Sequence record: OQ718158.1
Length of the DNA stretch: 64,000 bases
Reading direction: 5' to 3' (one strand)
Source of the DNA: Escherichia phage vB_Ec-M-J
Below are positions 9,355 to 19,428 of this stretch, one piece after another (position 1 is the stretch's first letter; every line of letters begins with the position of its first letter). A program made the position numbers and the translations under genes. The notes below the pieces were generated by a model. It saw only the letters and a list, made by a program, of their open reading frames with translations, searched no databases and was not told the DNA's origin.

Positions 9355-9647
9355 ATTTAAAACTTTTGTTAGAACAGGTACATTTATTGTATAGCTGTGC
9401 TGATGGTTCTGATAAGGAGTATAGTGAAGTTTATTTAGAACTGTTTAGAACGGAAATACACATAATTAGAAGATACTTAATTGATAATAAAACTGAAGTA
9501 AAAGTTAGATACCATAATGGTACTTTAAAGAATGGTATAATTATTGGATTGATAGTTACACGAATGTCTAGTAATATTAAAGTTGCAGTTAGATTAATGA
9601 CTGATGATGGTGTCTACACCATAGAAGTAAGTGAGATTATATATTAA
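9351..9647 (+). CDS. hypothetical protein
   Basis: Track ORF; ATGA overlap. Confidence 0.5.
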   Translation: MNLKLLLEQVHLLYSCADGSDKEYSEVYLELFRTEIHIIRRYLIDNKTEVKVRYHNGTLKNGIIIGLIVTRMSSNIKVAVRLMTDDGVYTIEVSEIIY

Positions 9648-9953
9648 ATGGATATACAAACATTCAATAAACTAAAGTACTATGACAATGGTTTTGCTAT
9701 TATCATTGATGAACTAGATGGAATACCATATGAGTATCATAATGATGTAATGAAGATAGTAAAAAGTATTTGTAATGATTTAAAAACTATTTTCGAAAAT
9801 GAATATGTATACGACTTAGGTACAAACAATAAGAAACTATACATAAAGAAATTCTGTGGAACGCATTGTGGTCTGATGGTTGATTTAGGTTTAAGTGCTG
9901 ACAACAATTTCGAAGCATGTAGTTTATATCTGGATGAAATGCGAATCTCATGA
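9648..9953 (+). CDS. hypothetical protein
   Basis: Track ORF. Confidence 0.5.
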   Translation: MDIQTFNKLKYYDNGFAIIIDELDGIPYEYHNDVMKIVKSICNDLKTIFENEYVYDLGTNNKKLYIKKFCGTHCGLMVDLGLSADNNFEACSLYLDEMRIS

Positions 9954-9979
9954 GACATATCTTGATTCGGTGATATAAT
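9952..9979 (+). promoter_or_regulatory. sigma70-like promoter, extended -10
   Basis: GAGACA 9952-9957, 16-bp spacer, TGaTATAAT with TATAAT at 9974-9979. Confidence 0.5.
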
Positions 9980-10010
9980 TTCATTACAACACTGACATGG
10001 AGTGGTTGTT

Positions 10011-10340
10011 GTGAATAACGATTTTTTAAAAATGTGGGAAAAAACAATAGTAATTCTATCTAGTTCATTAATGCACATTTTCAGTACTGATAATTCTTAT
10101 AGTTCACATACATTTGATTTAATATGTAATAACTATGTAAATGGTATATCAGATGAAATATGTCCATTCATTGCGTATTCACCGGATGGTATTGAAGAAT
10201 TTAATATATGCAACATCAGTTGTGGTTTTGGTGATTGGCTTGTGTTAAATGATCGAGGTGGAATCTGTTTATACATCGAAGATATTGGTAAATTTATATA
10301 CAAAGGAGTAGAATATGTTAACAATCGCAGCAGTTATTAG
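10011..10340 (+). CDS. hypothetical protein
   Basis: Track ORF 10002..10340; GTG at 10011 has better spacing to GGAG. Confidence 0.4.
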   Translation: MNNDFLKMWEKTIVILSSSLMHIFSTDNSYSSHTFDLICNNYVNGISDEICPFIAYSPDGIEEFNICNISCGFGDWLVLNDRGGICLYIEDIGKFIYKGVEYVNNRSSY

Positions 10341-10911
10341 TGTACTTGGTGTAGTTATTGCAGGTATGCTTGCATACAATTACAATCGTAGTGTTATCGG
10401 CTATGTACTACTTAGTCTAGTACTAACCCCAGTACTCACCATCGTTACTTTATTAGTGCTAGGTGAACGTAATATCAACTTCATGATTAATGATAAACGT
10501 GATCAGGTTACACCAGAACCTGAAAAAGTTATTCCTGAAGAACAAGAAGAACTTAAAGTTGAAGTTCAAATGCAAGTGAATGTTCACAATGCACTTGATG
10601 AAACTGATCCAAAAGTTAATGTTACTGTTGTTCCTGTCGTCAATGAAGTAAAGCCTAAAGCAGCACCGAAAAGTACTAAAGCACCAAAGAGCACCAAGAC
10701 TACAAAGAAAGCTCGCTATACTAAAGGGAAGAATAAAAACAAAGTCCAAGATGAACCACAACAAGGTACACACGACCATACTTCCCATATTATTACAGCA
10801 GCCACCACCGCAGCAATCGTAACGCCATATATCTCTTCTGCTGATACTGGTTCATATGATAGCTCTAGCTGTGATTCAAGCTCTAGTTCAAGTTCCGGTA
10901 GCTGTGATTAA
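10315..10911 (+). CDS. membrane protein with Lys-rich linker and Ser/Cys-rich C-terminal tail
   Basis: Two N-terminal hydrophobic helices; C-terminus SSSCDSSSSSSSGSCD; AAAGGAG RBS. Confidence 0.6.
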   Translation: MLTIAAVISVLGVVIAGMLAYNYNRSVIGYVLLSLVLTPVLTIVTLLVLGERNINFMINDKRDQVTPEPEKVIPEEQEELKVEVQMQVNVHNALDETDPKVNVTVVPVVNEVKPKAAPKSTKAPKSTKTTKKARYTKGKNKNKVQDEPQQGTHDHTSHIITAATTAAIVTPYISSADTGSYDSSSCDSSSSSSSGSCD

Positions 10912-10913
10912 CA

Positions 10914-11246
10914 ATGAAACATCTTGCACAATATAATCAGTACTTGATTGCGTTGCATCAAATGAAAGATGATTTCTATAAAAGTGCAGAAACAGAACTC
11001 GTCGGTAAGATAGTAAAATTTACTGACGAGTACATCAACCGATATGCGGAAATGGACGATGATCCAGAGTATGAATCATACTACCAGTACATAAATCCCA
11101 ATACAAGAATGAGAATTATTGAAATTATGAAATACGGTATACGTTTAATTGCACAAGTAGAATACATCAATCACGATGCAATTGATGCCGCTGCCTTTGG
11201 TGATGAAATAAGTTTAGAATATCTTATTCAAGTTGATGAGGAATAA
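10914..11246 (+). CDS. hypothetical protein
   Basis: Track ORF. Confidence 0.5.
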   Translation: MKHLAQYNQYLIALHQMKDDFYKSAETELVGKIVKFTDEYINRYAEMDDDPEYESYYQYINPNTRMRIIEIMKYGIRLIAQVEYINHDAIDAAAFGDEISLEYLIQVDEE

Positions 11247-11248
11247 TA

Positions 11249-11464
11249 ATGACTACATTTTTTGCAATATATGGATTTGTTGCGTTTTGCTCATTTATAT
11301 GTAACTTTCTAGTACTGAATTGGAAATGTTTCAAAGATGAAATCATAACTGCAATGAGTCTACAATCAGCAGCACTAATGGCTATAATTTGGCCTGTAAC
11401 TATGGTGTATCTTTTTATCTCAATAACAAAAGATATCATATCCCACTTCAAGAGAAAGAAATAA
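11249..11464 (+). CDS. small membrane protein
   Basis: Hydrophobic ORF; GAGGA RBS. Confidence 0.45.
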   Translation: MTTFFAIYGFVAFCSFICNFLVLNWKCFKDEIITAMSLQSAALMAIIWPVTMVYLFISITKDIISHFKRKK

Positions 11465-11718
11465 TGTTCAACACCGACTATTCACATTTGCGATATCTTA
11501 TGTCTTTGGCTGATGATTTTATTAATGATTTGAAGCCGAAGTATATTGGACAAGAAGTACGTTTGATAAACTCAAGGGGTTATGGGAAGTACATTATCGC
11601 TGATATGTATATTAGCGGTGGTGAATGGCGTTTCAAAGTTAATACGTATCTTAAAGATGGTTCTTTTGCAGGTACACAAGTTACAAAACACACTAACATT
11701 ATATGGTTGGAACAATAA
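11464..11718 (+). CDS. hypothetical protein
   Basis: ATG at 11464 (MFNTDY) within track ORF 11389..11718. Confidence 0.5.
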   Translation: MFNTDYSHLRYLMSLADDFINDLKPKYIGQEVRLINSRGYGKYIIADMYISGGEWRFKVNTYLKDGSFAGTQVTKHTNIIWLEQ

Positions 11719-12461
11719 TGAAACATTTTTTGGAAGTTACAGTACCGGATGATAAAGATTTATATATCGTTGGTGATTTACACGGCAATGGAAAACTGTG
11801 GGATGCTACCAAGAAAGAATTTGGTATCACCAATAATGACTATGTTTTTTGTGTAGGTGATGTTATTGACCGTGGTGACCAGAATTCCAAACTACTATTT
11901 GAATTCCTTTTCGGTGAAAACCGTTTTATGATTGCTGGGAACCACGAGATCATGTGTGTTGATTCTGAAACTCACCGTGACTGGCATCACTGTTGGGTAC
12001 AAAATGGTGGAGATAAGTTCATTGATGAAGTTGGTGAGACAGGTATACAGTTCTTCCGTCAGTACTTAAAGGATCTCCCTATGATTATCCAAATCAATCA
12101 CCGAGGATTGAAGATTGGACTGGTTCATGCTGGTGTTCCTTTGGAATATACCACATGGGAACGTTTCGTTAGTGGGACAAAATCACTTAGTGCTGATATA
12201 ATTGAGAAGTGCTTGTGGGACCGTGATACATTCGACTACTGCAAGAAAAATAACACATATTACGTCCCTAGACTTGATGGCATCCATTGCGTCTTTAGTG
12301 GTCATACCGCAGTATCCGACCCACTCATCTACGGTAATCGTATCTGGATTGATAGTCAGTTTTTAACTGGTGATTTGACTCTTGCAACTCCCCAAAGTGG
12401 CGGGATGAGATACTTACGTAAAGAAAAAGATGAGTATTCATTTAACCGCTTCAAAAGGTAA
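11718..12461 (+). CDS. serine/threonine protein phosphatase (calcineurin-like metallophosphoesterase)
   Basis: Motifs GDLHG, GDVIDRGD, GNHE in canonical order. Confidence 0.75.
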   Translation: MKHFLEVTVPDDKDLYIVGDLHGNGKLWDATKKEFGITNNDYVFCVGDVIDRGDQNSKLLFEFLFGENRFMIAGNHEIMCVDSETHRDWHHCWVQNGGDKFIDEVGETGIQFFRQYLKDLPMIIQINHRGLKIGLVHAGVPLEYTTWERFVSGTKSLSADIIEKCLWDRDTFDYCKKNNTYYVPRLDGIHCVFSGHTAVSDPLIYGNRIWIDSQFLTGDLTLATPQSGGMRYLRKEKDEYSFNRFKR

Positions 12462-12465
12462 TAAT

Positions 12466-12735
12466 ATGCATGATGATATTAAAAAATCATTGTATGATTT
12501 ATATATTATGAAAAAAACCATCAATTCTATACTTGCCGACCAGATCAAACAGGTACGTAACTTCCTATCAAAAAAACTTATTGGTGCAGAGGTTAAATTC
12601 TATTACAAAAAAAATGTCGTGGTTGATGGTGTTATTAGAAGAGTAGTTACAATTTCAGACCAAACAATATATGTTGAAGTTGAATATGATGGTAAATTAT
12701 CACAATTAAGTACTGAAGATTTAACATTTTTATAA
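12466..12735 (+). CDS. hypothetical protein
   Basis: ATG at 12466 within track ORF 12430..12735. Confidence 0.5.
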   Translation: MHDDIKKSLYDLYIMKKTINSILADQIKQVRNFLSKKLIGAEVKFYYKKNVVVDGVIRRVVTISDQTIYVEVEYDGKLSQLSTEDLTFL

Positions 12736-12745
12736 GGAAATAGAA

Positions 12746-12973
12746 ATGAAAGTAATTCAAGTTATGGTAGAAAAATACCAAACCGAAGATGGTCGTATTT
12801 TTGATTCAGCAAAACAAGCTGAACACCATGAACGTATTATTTCTGGAGCACGTAAAGTGTGCCCTACATGTAATGGTACACAACAAGTTCCATCTGAAGA
12901 CTATCGCAGTTATTATGCTTGTCCACATTGTGATGGTAAAGGGTTTGTAGAAAAACAAGAGGTATGGAAATGA
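12746..12973 (+). CDS. small zinc-ribbon protein
   Basis: CPTC...CPHC; AAGGAA RBS. Confidence 0.5.
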   Translation: MKVIQVMVEKYQTEDGRIFDSAKQAEHHERIISGARKVCPTCNGTQQVPSEDYRSYYACPHCDGKGFVEKQEVWK

Positions 12974-13383
12974 AATTATATTGCTTAACAAACATGTACT
13001 GTCAAGGTGTCCAAGCTGGCATTCAAGCATTTCATGCTGGTGTTAAACTAATTAAAGAATATGAAGGTACTGCTTTCAGTACTATTATTGATGAATGGTA
13101 TTATGACCACGAAACTATTGTAGTACTAAATGCTGGTGGTCATGATAAGTTAAATTCTTATTATGATGACCTTTGTAAGCAGGGGAAAGTTCCATTCGCT
13201 AAATTCAATGAAGCCGGATTAAATGATGCAACTACATGTGTAGCAGTACTATGTACATCTGAAATGGTTGAAGACATGTCTGTTATGCGTATGAATCTTC
13301 CTGCTGGGGATCAACTAATGCAAGTAAAATATGGTGCATTGTTTAACACATTAAAAGCAATTAGCACAATGAGGACTGTTTGA
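12964..13383 (+). CDS. hypothetical protein
   Basis: Track ORF. Confidence 0.5.
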   Translation: MEMKLYCLTNMYCQGVQAGIQAFHAGVKLIKEYEGTAFSTIIDEWYYDHETIVVLNAGGHDKLNSYYDDLCKQGKVPFAKFNEAGLNDATTCVAVLCTSEMVEDMSVMRMNLPAGDQLMQVKYGALFNTLKAISTMRTV

Positions 13384-14582
13384 TGGATTTTCCAGAGAAG
13401 TTATTTGTGGCTCGTTCATATGTAAATCATAACCAAGTTACTGGTTACATTATAGATGCCACAAAATCACACACAAAAGCGTTTGAGACTAAAAAAGAAA
13501 AGGCCGAGTACTGGGCTAAGAAAAACAATCTACCGTCACTATGGATTGATAATGTGCCTACAATTGGATTTTCTGTGGTACATAAGCTCACTGTTCATGC
13601 TCGTGAAACATACTTCACCATTCGTCACCCTGAAGGTTTCGAGTTCTTGGTGAGTGCTAAAAACATGAACGACCTTATCATCAACAATGATATTGTTAAG
13701 GGTGTATTTGTTGAACCTATGTTCTTCAATAATAGTTTAGAACTAATTAACGGTAAAACTAAAACCTTTGCTAAATTGGTTGAGAAGGAGAATAAGAAAG
13801 AACAACAAAAAGAAGTTGTTTCTAAATTGAAAGTGGGTGATGGTTTTAGACACAATAAAGAAGATTACTATTATTGTGGTAAAGTAAATGCTATTTGTAT
13901 CAAGAAAACTAAAGAGTTTTCATTTTCTGATAAGAGTTCCAAGTATCACTTAGTATATAATACTACTCGTGGGACATATGCTCTTAATGCTCGTCTTGAA
14001 ACTTATGCGTTAGAACCAAGTGCTGCACTGAATGTAAAAACTACAGTTCAAGATGAAATTGTTAAAGCTAATGCATTTTGGCAAAATATCCAACGAAATC
14101 GCAGTAACCCATTATGTGAAAGCAATATTCCAGTACTGATAAGTGATAAGTCGTTTAAAGCACAAGATTTGAAAGTAAAGTACGAAGAAATCAATCCTGA
14201 TGATATAATGAGTAATGGACGATTCAATGAGAACGTACCGTTCATGTGTAAAGTTGATGAACAGGCATATCGTGTTTTCTTTGGTGTAAAGAACAATACA
14301 ACCAGAAGTTATTATGGTCGTAATGGTGATTATATTCTTCAATACACTGATGTATTTGAACGATACAGTGCGTATCCAGTTGAAATTGATGCTAATGGTA
14401 TTATGACAATGGATGTGGATTTAAACGAACATGTATCATTTGGTACATGGAACGGATACCGTTCTCCTTTCTTCCCACCGACTGAAAATAAAACATCATC
14501 AACTCGTTACTACCAAGAAAAACCTTGTCACGTCCAGCTATCACTAAGTAATAAACTTTATATTGGAAAGTATTATCTATAA
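13380..14582 (+). CDS. hypothetical protein (400 aa)
   Basis: Long ORF with no motif I recognise. Confidence 0.6.
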   Translation: MMDFPEKLFVARSYVNHNQVTGYIIDATKSHTKAFETKKEKAEYWAKKNNLPSLWIDNVPTIGFSVVHKLTVHARETYFTIRHPEGFEFLVSAKNMNDLIINNDIVKGVFVEPMFFNNSLELINGKTKTFAKLVEKENKKEQQKEVVSKLKVGDGFRHNKEDYYYCGKVNAICIKKTKEFSFSDKSSKYHLVYNTTRGTYALNARLETYALEPSAALNVKTTVQDEIVKANAFWQNIQRNRSNPLCESNIPVLISDKSFKAQDLKVKYEEINPDDIMSNGRFNENVPFMCKVDEQAYRVFFGVKNNTTRSYYGRNGDYILQYTDVFERYSAYPVEIDANGIMTMDVDLNEHVSFGTWNGYRSPFFPPTENKTSSTRYYQEKPCHVQLSLSNKLYIGKYYL

Positions 14583-14593
14583 GGGAATATACA

Positions 14594-16012
14594 ATGAGCA
14601 TTTTAGCAATTCTTGAAAGCATTAAAAATACTAGCAGTACTCTGGGTAAAAAAGCTATTCTTGAACAAAACAAAGATAATCAAACATTACAAAAAGTACT
14701 GAAATATACACTAGACCCTTCAATTGTAAGTGGGTATAAAAAGCTACCACAAGCTGATGATGTATACCAACATATGACATTAGAAGAAGCAATTGATAAG
14801 CTAGAATGCATTTACAAACGTGGTGTGACCGGAAATGCTGGGCGTGACTTCATTGCTTCAGTACTGGGTTCAGTATCAGAAGATGACCAAGAAGTTCTTC
14901 GTAAAATGCTCACGAAGAACCTTGATTGTGGTATCCAAGAAAAGAACTGCAATGATGTGTTCGGGAAAGGTTTTATCAAAGACGAACCATACATGCGTTG
15001 TTCTTTGATTGACAAAAAGACTGCAAAGAACATTAACTTCAAAGATTATGGTTATGCTATATCAGAAGTGAAAATGGATGGTCAGTACTTGAACCACGTT
15101 GTCATTAATGGTTCATTAACTTCTACATCCCGTAATGGTAAACTATACGACTTCCTGGGTTGTCGTGATGGTGAAATGGCAGGTCTTGCTCACATCATCC
15201 AAAGTAAAGATGAACGTTTTAGTAGTGGTGTAGTCTTTATGGGTGAAGGTGTAGTACTGGACAATGATGGAGAAACCATTCTCCCACGCACTACTGGTAA
15301 CGGTATTATCCAGAAAGCTGGTAAAGATAGCATCAGTCAGAATGAAGCAATGCGTACTGTATTTGTTCTATGGGATGTTGTTCCATATGATGCATTTTGT
15401 GAAGGTGTATGGAATGTAAAACGTAAAGAACGTCGCGAGATCTTAGTAGATGCAATTAACGAACTCGGTAGTGATTTTGTTCGTATGGTTGGATTCCGTA
15501 AAGTTCTAAACATCAAAGAAGCATTTGAGTACAATAGTGAACTAATGAACGAAGGTGAAGAGGGTTCAGTACTGAAATGTGAAGATGGTATCTGGAAATC
15601 TCACACTTCTCCTAAGCAATTGAAAATGAAACTTAAAATGCAATTGGACTTGCGTATTGTTGGTTTCAATGAAGGTGAAGGTAAGCGTAAAGGTAGTCTT
15701 GGTTCTTTACAACTGGAAAGTGCTTGTGGTACATTGAAAGTTAATGTAGGTACTGGAATTAAAGAGAAAGACGCAGAATGGACGTTTAAAACCATTTGGG
15801 AAAGAATGCAAGAACTCATTGGTCAAGTAGTGACAGTAGAGTGCAATGATATTGTGTTCGATAAGCGAACTGGCGAGCCATCACTATTTTTACCAGTGTT
15901 TATTGAATTTAGATTTGACAAAAACACCTGTGACGACTATACTCGTATCTTAGAAATTCGTGATAGTGCTGTTGAGGTGTTCTCTAATAGTATTCTTGAA
16001 TCACTCGGTTAA
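14594..16012 (+). CDS. ATP-dependent DNA ligase (T4 gp30-like)
   Basis: N-terminus resembles T4 DNA ligase (ILEQNKDN); adenylation motif KMDGQ; AAGGGAA RBS. Confidence 0.9.
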   Translation: MSILAILESIKNTSSTLGKKAILEQNKDNQTLQKVLKYTLDPSIVSGYKKLPQADDVYQHMTLEEAIDKLECIYKRGVTGNAGRDFIASVLGSVSEDDQEVLRKMLTKNLDCGIQEKNCNDVFGKGFIKDEPYMRCSLIDKKTAKNINFKDYGYAISEVKMDGQYLNHVVINGSLTSTSRNGKLYDFLGCRDGEMAGLAHIIQSKDERFSSGVVFMGEGVVLDNDGETILPRTTGNGIIQKAGKDSISQNEAMRTVFVLWDVVPYDAFCEGVWNVKRKERREILVDAINELGSDFVRMVGFRKVLNIKEAFEYNSELMNEGEEGSVLKCEDGIWKSHTSPKQLKMKLKMQLDLRIVGFNEGEGKRKGSLGSLQLESACGTLKVNVGTGIKEKDAEWTFKTIWERMQELIGQVVTVECNDIVFDKRTGEPSLFLPVFIEFRFDKNTCDDYTRILEIRDSAVEVFSNSILESLG

Positions 16013-16031
16013 TCATTTATAGGAGGTAATT

Positions 16032-16823
16032 ATGAAATTTGTTGTAACGTCAGACGTACACGGTGGCACTGATTACCTCCATAGTGGTGATTACAGTGAT
16101 ACAGTTCTGATTATTGCAGGGGACTTTGATGAAGCTAAACGCAGTCGTTATCGTACTGGTATCGAATCCCTGTGCAAGCAGTTCAAGAATGTAGTACTGG
16201 TTCCTGGTAATCATGAGTACTACGGTTCAAACATTCACAAGACTAATAAAGTACTGTCCGATATGCAAGATGAGATTCCAAATTTCATCTTTTTGCAAAA
16301 CAAATTTGTATGGCTGGATGGTGTACTGCTGGTTGGTAGTACACTGTGGACTGACTTTGATAAAGGCAATGCACTGGTTAAGTTTGATGCTCAACAAAAG
16401 ATGAATGATTATAAACACATTCGTCATGGAACAACATCAGAACCGTGGAAACGTAAGCTCAAACCTGATGATGTTGAGTTCATGCATTATCAGGATAAAC
16501 AATTTATCAAAAATTCAGTTAACACAGTTCGTCTAATGAATGATAATGATTTCAAGGTTGTGGTGGTAACACATCATGCACCAAGTTATCAGAGTGTATC
16601 TCCGAGATACAAGAATGACTCACTGAATGGATGTTATTGTTCTGATATGGACCAGTATATCGAAGATTTGGGTGCTGATGTTTGGATTCATGGTCACGTT
16701 CATAGTAGCTTTGACTACATCATTGGGAAAACTCGTATCATTTGTAACCCAAGAGGTTATGAATCTTACAGTGGTGCATGTGAGAACTTCGATTACGATC
16801 CTAAATTTGTATTTGAAATCTAA
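16032..16823 (+). CDS. calcineurin-like metallophosphoesterase
   Basis: Motifs SDVHGG, AGDFDE, GNHEYY, HHAP, GHVH. Confidence 0.75.
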   Translation: MKFVVTSDVHGGTDYLHSGDYSDTVLIIAGDFDEAKRSRYRTGIESLCKQFKNVVLVPGNHEYYGSNIHKTNKVLSDMQDEIPNFIFLQNKFVWLDGVLLVGSTLWTDFDKGNALVKFDAQQKMNDYKHIRHGTTSEPWKRKLKPDDVEFMHYQDKQFIKNSVNTVRLMNDNDFKVVVVTHHAPSYQSVSPRYKNDSLNGCYCSDMDQYIEDLGADVWIHGHVHSSFDYIIGKTRIICNPRGYESYSGACENFDYDPKFVFEI

Positions 16824-16832
16824 GGTAATGTT

Positions 16833-17228
16833 ATGATACATACACTTCACATTGATGATAAAATGCTTGTTATATTGGGTAGTTGTTATATGTTTCAACG
16901 ATTGGGTATGCGTATGCTATACTCTTGTGACAAAACCCAATACTACAATCCTGATGGTACTGGTACTGTGATGAAAGATAGGCATCACTTCACCAGTGAT
17001 GTAAAACAAGCAGACGATTTAGATTCATTTGCGGGAAAGGTGTATGTTCTAATTAATGATGATAGACGTGGTGGTGTGTTACCATTCAGTACTTTATCAA
17101 TTAATACGTTCTTTAAATACGAACAATTTTCAAATTCACTAAGAATGATTGAGATTGATTTTGATGACATCCCAGTTGGTATACGATATGAATTTCTTCA
17201 TGCTCTTGCATCAATAGGGGTGTACTGA
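16833..17228 (+). CDS. hypothetical protein
   Basis: Track ORF. Confidence 0.5.
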   Translation: MIHTLHIDDKMLVILGSCYMFQRLGMRMLYSCDKTQYYNPDGTGTVMKDRHHFTSDVKQADDLDSFAGKVYVLINDDRRGGVLPFSTLSINTFFKYEQFSNSLRMIEIDFDDIPVGIRYEFLHALASIGVY

Positions 17229-17611
17229 TGGAAAATATCGTTGTGTATGTAATTGAGTACAATGATGAAATAAAGTACGTAATTAATGGTTATAAACATT
17301 ACTCCAGTGCAGCCAGAAAGCTGGAAATATATTCAAAAGAAGCAAGAAACTACTGCTTAGATGATGATTCAGTTGAGGTTTGGATTGATGGAAATGCAGA
17401 GTACTTTGATGCTAACTTCTATGAAGATCTTGACAAATCAAATGAATTATACATTTATGTAGAAAATGAACGTTATTACACAAATTCTTTGTTTGACATT
17501 ACCGACTCTACGGTGTATGATAATGCTATGGTTAAGTTGTTAAAGATTGACCACGATATGTTTAATAAACATACAATTTGCGGTTTACTCGATTTTTTAA
17601 GAAACTTGTAG
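17228..17611 (+). CDS. hypothetical protein
   Basis: Track ORF. Confidence 0.5.
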   Translation: MENIVVYVIEYNDEIKYVINGYKHYSSAARKLEIYSKEARNYCLDDDSVEVWIDGNAEYFDANFYEDLDKSNELYIYVENERYYTNSLFDITDSTVYDNAMVKLLKIDHDMFNKHTICGLLDFLRNL

Positions 17612-17636
17612 ACAAATACGAACACTGTGATATAAT
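17609..17636 (+). promoter_or_regulatory. sigma70-like promoter, extended -10
   Basis: TAGACA 17609-17614, 16-bp spacer, TGtGATATAAT with TATAAT at 17631-17636. Confidence 0.5.
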
Positions 17637-17670
17637 ACTCACATCAATGAAACAATAGAGGAAAATAACA

Positions 17671-18366
17671 ATGGTTGAACAATTCAATTTTGGTGGTTAT
17701 GCTGGTGGTGAAGTTCGCAACATTTCTATTCCTTATGTAGTTGAAAAAGTTAATGGTGCAGAACGTACTTATGATCTAGCATCTCGTATGATGCAAGACC
17801 GTATCATTTTCCTTGATACTGACTTCAATGACCAAATGGCACATATCATCAAGCAACAATTGGTGTGGTTGGATTCTCAGGGTTCTGAACCAATTACCTT
17901 CTACATTAGTTCTCCTGGTGGTTCAGTACACGCAGGTTTGGGTATCGCTGACATTGCTAAGTCTTGTGTATCTCCTATCCGTACAGTAGTAATGGGTTAT
18001 GCAGCATCAATGGGTTGCTATACACAATCAGTAGTTGGGACTAAAGGTTTCCGTCTAGGTGGTAAGCGTTCTTACTTCATGTGTCATCAAGTAAGTTCCG
18101 GTACTCAGGGTCTGATTACCGATCAGAAGATTTCTTTGAAACACTCTGACGCATTGAACACACTATTGACGAAAGAAATTGCTGAAGCAGTTGGTGTATC
18201 ACACGAACAACTACTGAAAGATGCTGACCGTGACCTGTGGTTGAACGCTGAAGAAGCACTCGAATACGGTGAACATGGTTTCATTGATGGTATCATCCTT
18301 GGTCCACGCAACGAAGAAGGTAAGTATCTCGTCAAACGTCGCGGTGGCGTGGAAGAGTGGGTCTAA
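17671..18366 (+). CDS. ClpP-family serine peptidase
   Basis: ClpP-like SSPGGSVHAG, catalytic-Ser context AASMG, His context CHQ; GAGGAAAA RBS. Confidence 0.8.
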   Translation: MVEQFNFGGYAGGEVRNISIPYVVEKVNGAERTYDLASRMMQDRIIFLDTDFNDQMAHIIKQQLVWLDSQGSEPITFYISSPGGSVHAGLGIADIAKSCVSPIRTVVMGYAASMGCYTQSVVGTKGFRLGGKRSYFMCHQVSSGTQGLITDQKISLKHSDALNTLLTKEIAEAVGVSHEQLLKDADRDLWLNAEEALEYGEHGFIDGIILGPRNEEGKYLVKRRGGVEEWV

Positions 18367-18380
18367 TTTGAATTTCATTT

Positions 18381-18408
18381 GATGCCTCATTTGGGGCATC
18401 TTATTTCT
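18381..18408 (+). terminator. rho-independent terminator
   Basis: GATGCC...GGCATC hairpin followed by TTATTTCT. Confidence 0.5.
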
Positions 18409-18417
18409 GGAGATTAT

Positions 18418-18708
18418 ATGAAAGTTCTTGTACGTAATAATACTGAAGTCAATGATGTGTTGGATGATTCAGAGTTTATTAATGTCGCATTAGATCAGAT
18501 TAGTGCAGTAGCTCTTGAATTGAAAGGTGTTGACGAGGCAGAACGAGTACTCAATGGTTTTTCTATTGTTCTCGAACTAATGCAAGAAGTTCTTATTAAA
18601 AAGAACATTAATCCAATTAACGCAGTTCAACACGCAGAAGCTATGCGTCAAGAACATGGCACATTCTCAGATAAAAAATTCATCAGTACTGACGAGGGGA
18701 AAGAATAA
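18418..18708 (+). CDS. hypothetical protein
   Basis: ATG at 18418 with GGAG RBS; the longer track ORF would include the terminator hairpin. Confidence 0.5.
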   Translation: MKVLVRNNTEVNDVLDDSEFINVALDQISAVALELKGVDEAERVLNGFSIVLELMQEVLIKKNINPINAVQHAEAMRQEHGTFSDKKFISTDEGKE

Positions 18709-18709
18709 T

Positions 18710-19156
18710 ATGTCTAATGCACAATACAAAGAAGGTTCTGCCGCGTTTAAAAACAAAGTAGTTTTTAACAATGAACAGCTAAAATCACAGCACCCACTAT
18801 TCCGTCAAGGTTATCGTGCTGCACAAGCTGAAGCTATGAAGAAAAACAACGTAACATTCCCAACAACTCTGTATGATATTCCTAAACGTCCATCAGTGTT
18901 TAAAGCAGAATGGACTGACATTATGGCAGCAACTAAACGTCCTCGTTTTGCTAAACTTCACACTGATGAAGGTCGCTGGATGTTGATGGGTATTATGAAA
19001 GCAGTTGAGAAACAGGCACATACCATCGTTCGTTACAAAGACGTTGTAGCTATGGTTGATAAAGCATTTGATCTTATTCTCCAGTACGGTTATGATGAAG
19101 GTGTACTAACTGTATCTGATTGTGAGCAGTACCAGTACACTCCATTCCAGAAATAA
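18710..19156 (+). CDS. hypothetical protein
   Basis: ATG at 18710 with GAGGGGA RBS; within track ORF 18656..19156. Confidence 0.55.
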   Translation: MSNAQYKEGSAAFKNKVVFNNEQLKSQHPLFRQGYRAAQAEAMKKNNVTFPTTLYDIPKRPSVFKAEWTDIMAATKRPRFAKLHTDEGRWMLMGIMKAVEKQAHTIVRYKDVVAMVDKAFDLILQYGYDEGVLTVSDCEQYQYTPFQK

Positions 19157-19163
19157 TTACTTA

Positions 19164-19192
19164 GGGAATCTTTCATGATTCCCATTTTATTT
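19164..19192 (+). terminator. rho-independent terminator
   Basis: GGGAATC-TTTCAT-GATTCCC hairpin followed by ATTTTATTT. Confidence 0.65.
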
Positions 19193-19284
19193 GCTGCATA
19201 TCAAAAATTATTGATCAAAAATTGATCCATACGAGGTAAATACCCAAGGTGTAATTGTTAATAGGGTAGGTGGATATGCAGCAA
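19191..19284. repeat. 12-bp perfect inverted repeat flanking a ~70-bp AT-rich loop
   Basis: TTGCTGCATATC (19191-19202) and its reverse complement GATATGCAGCAA (19273-19284); the loop contains ATTGATC twice. Confidence 0.6.
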
Positions 19285-19428
19285 TATAAATTATCTGAAG
19301 ATCAAAGTGATTTATTTTTCAATCACATGTTTTTAATTGATGAATTTGCCGAAAGTTAAAATTCAGAGGCAATAGCTATAGTTAAAAAGTGGTATTCTTG
19401 CTATAACAAGAACAAAAAATGGTATTGG

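Noticed and set aside
19276-19359. 27-codon ORF (MQQYKLSEDQSDLFFNHMFLIDEFAES) in the 19.2-19.4 kb gap
   Set aside because: Very short, starts inside the inverted repeat, no RBS.
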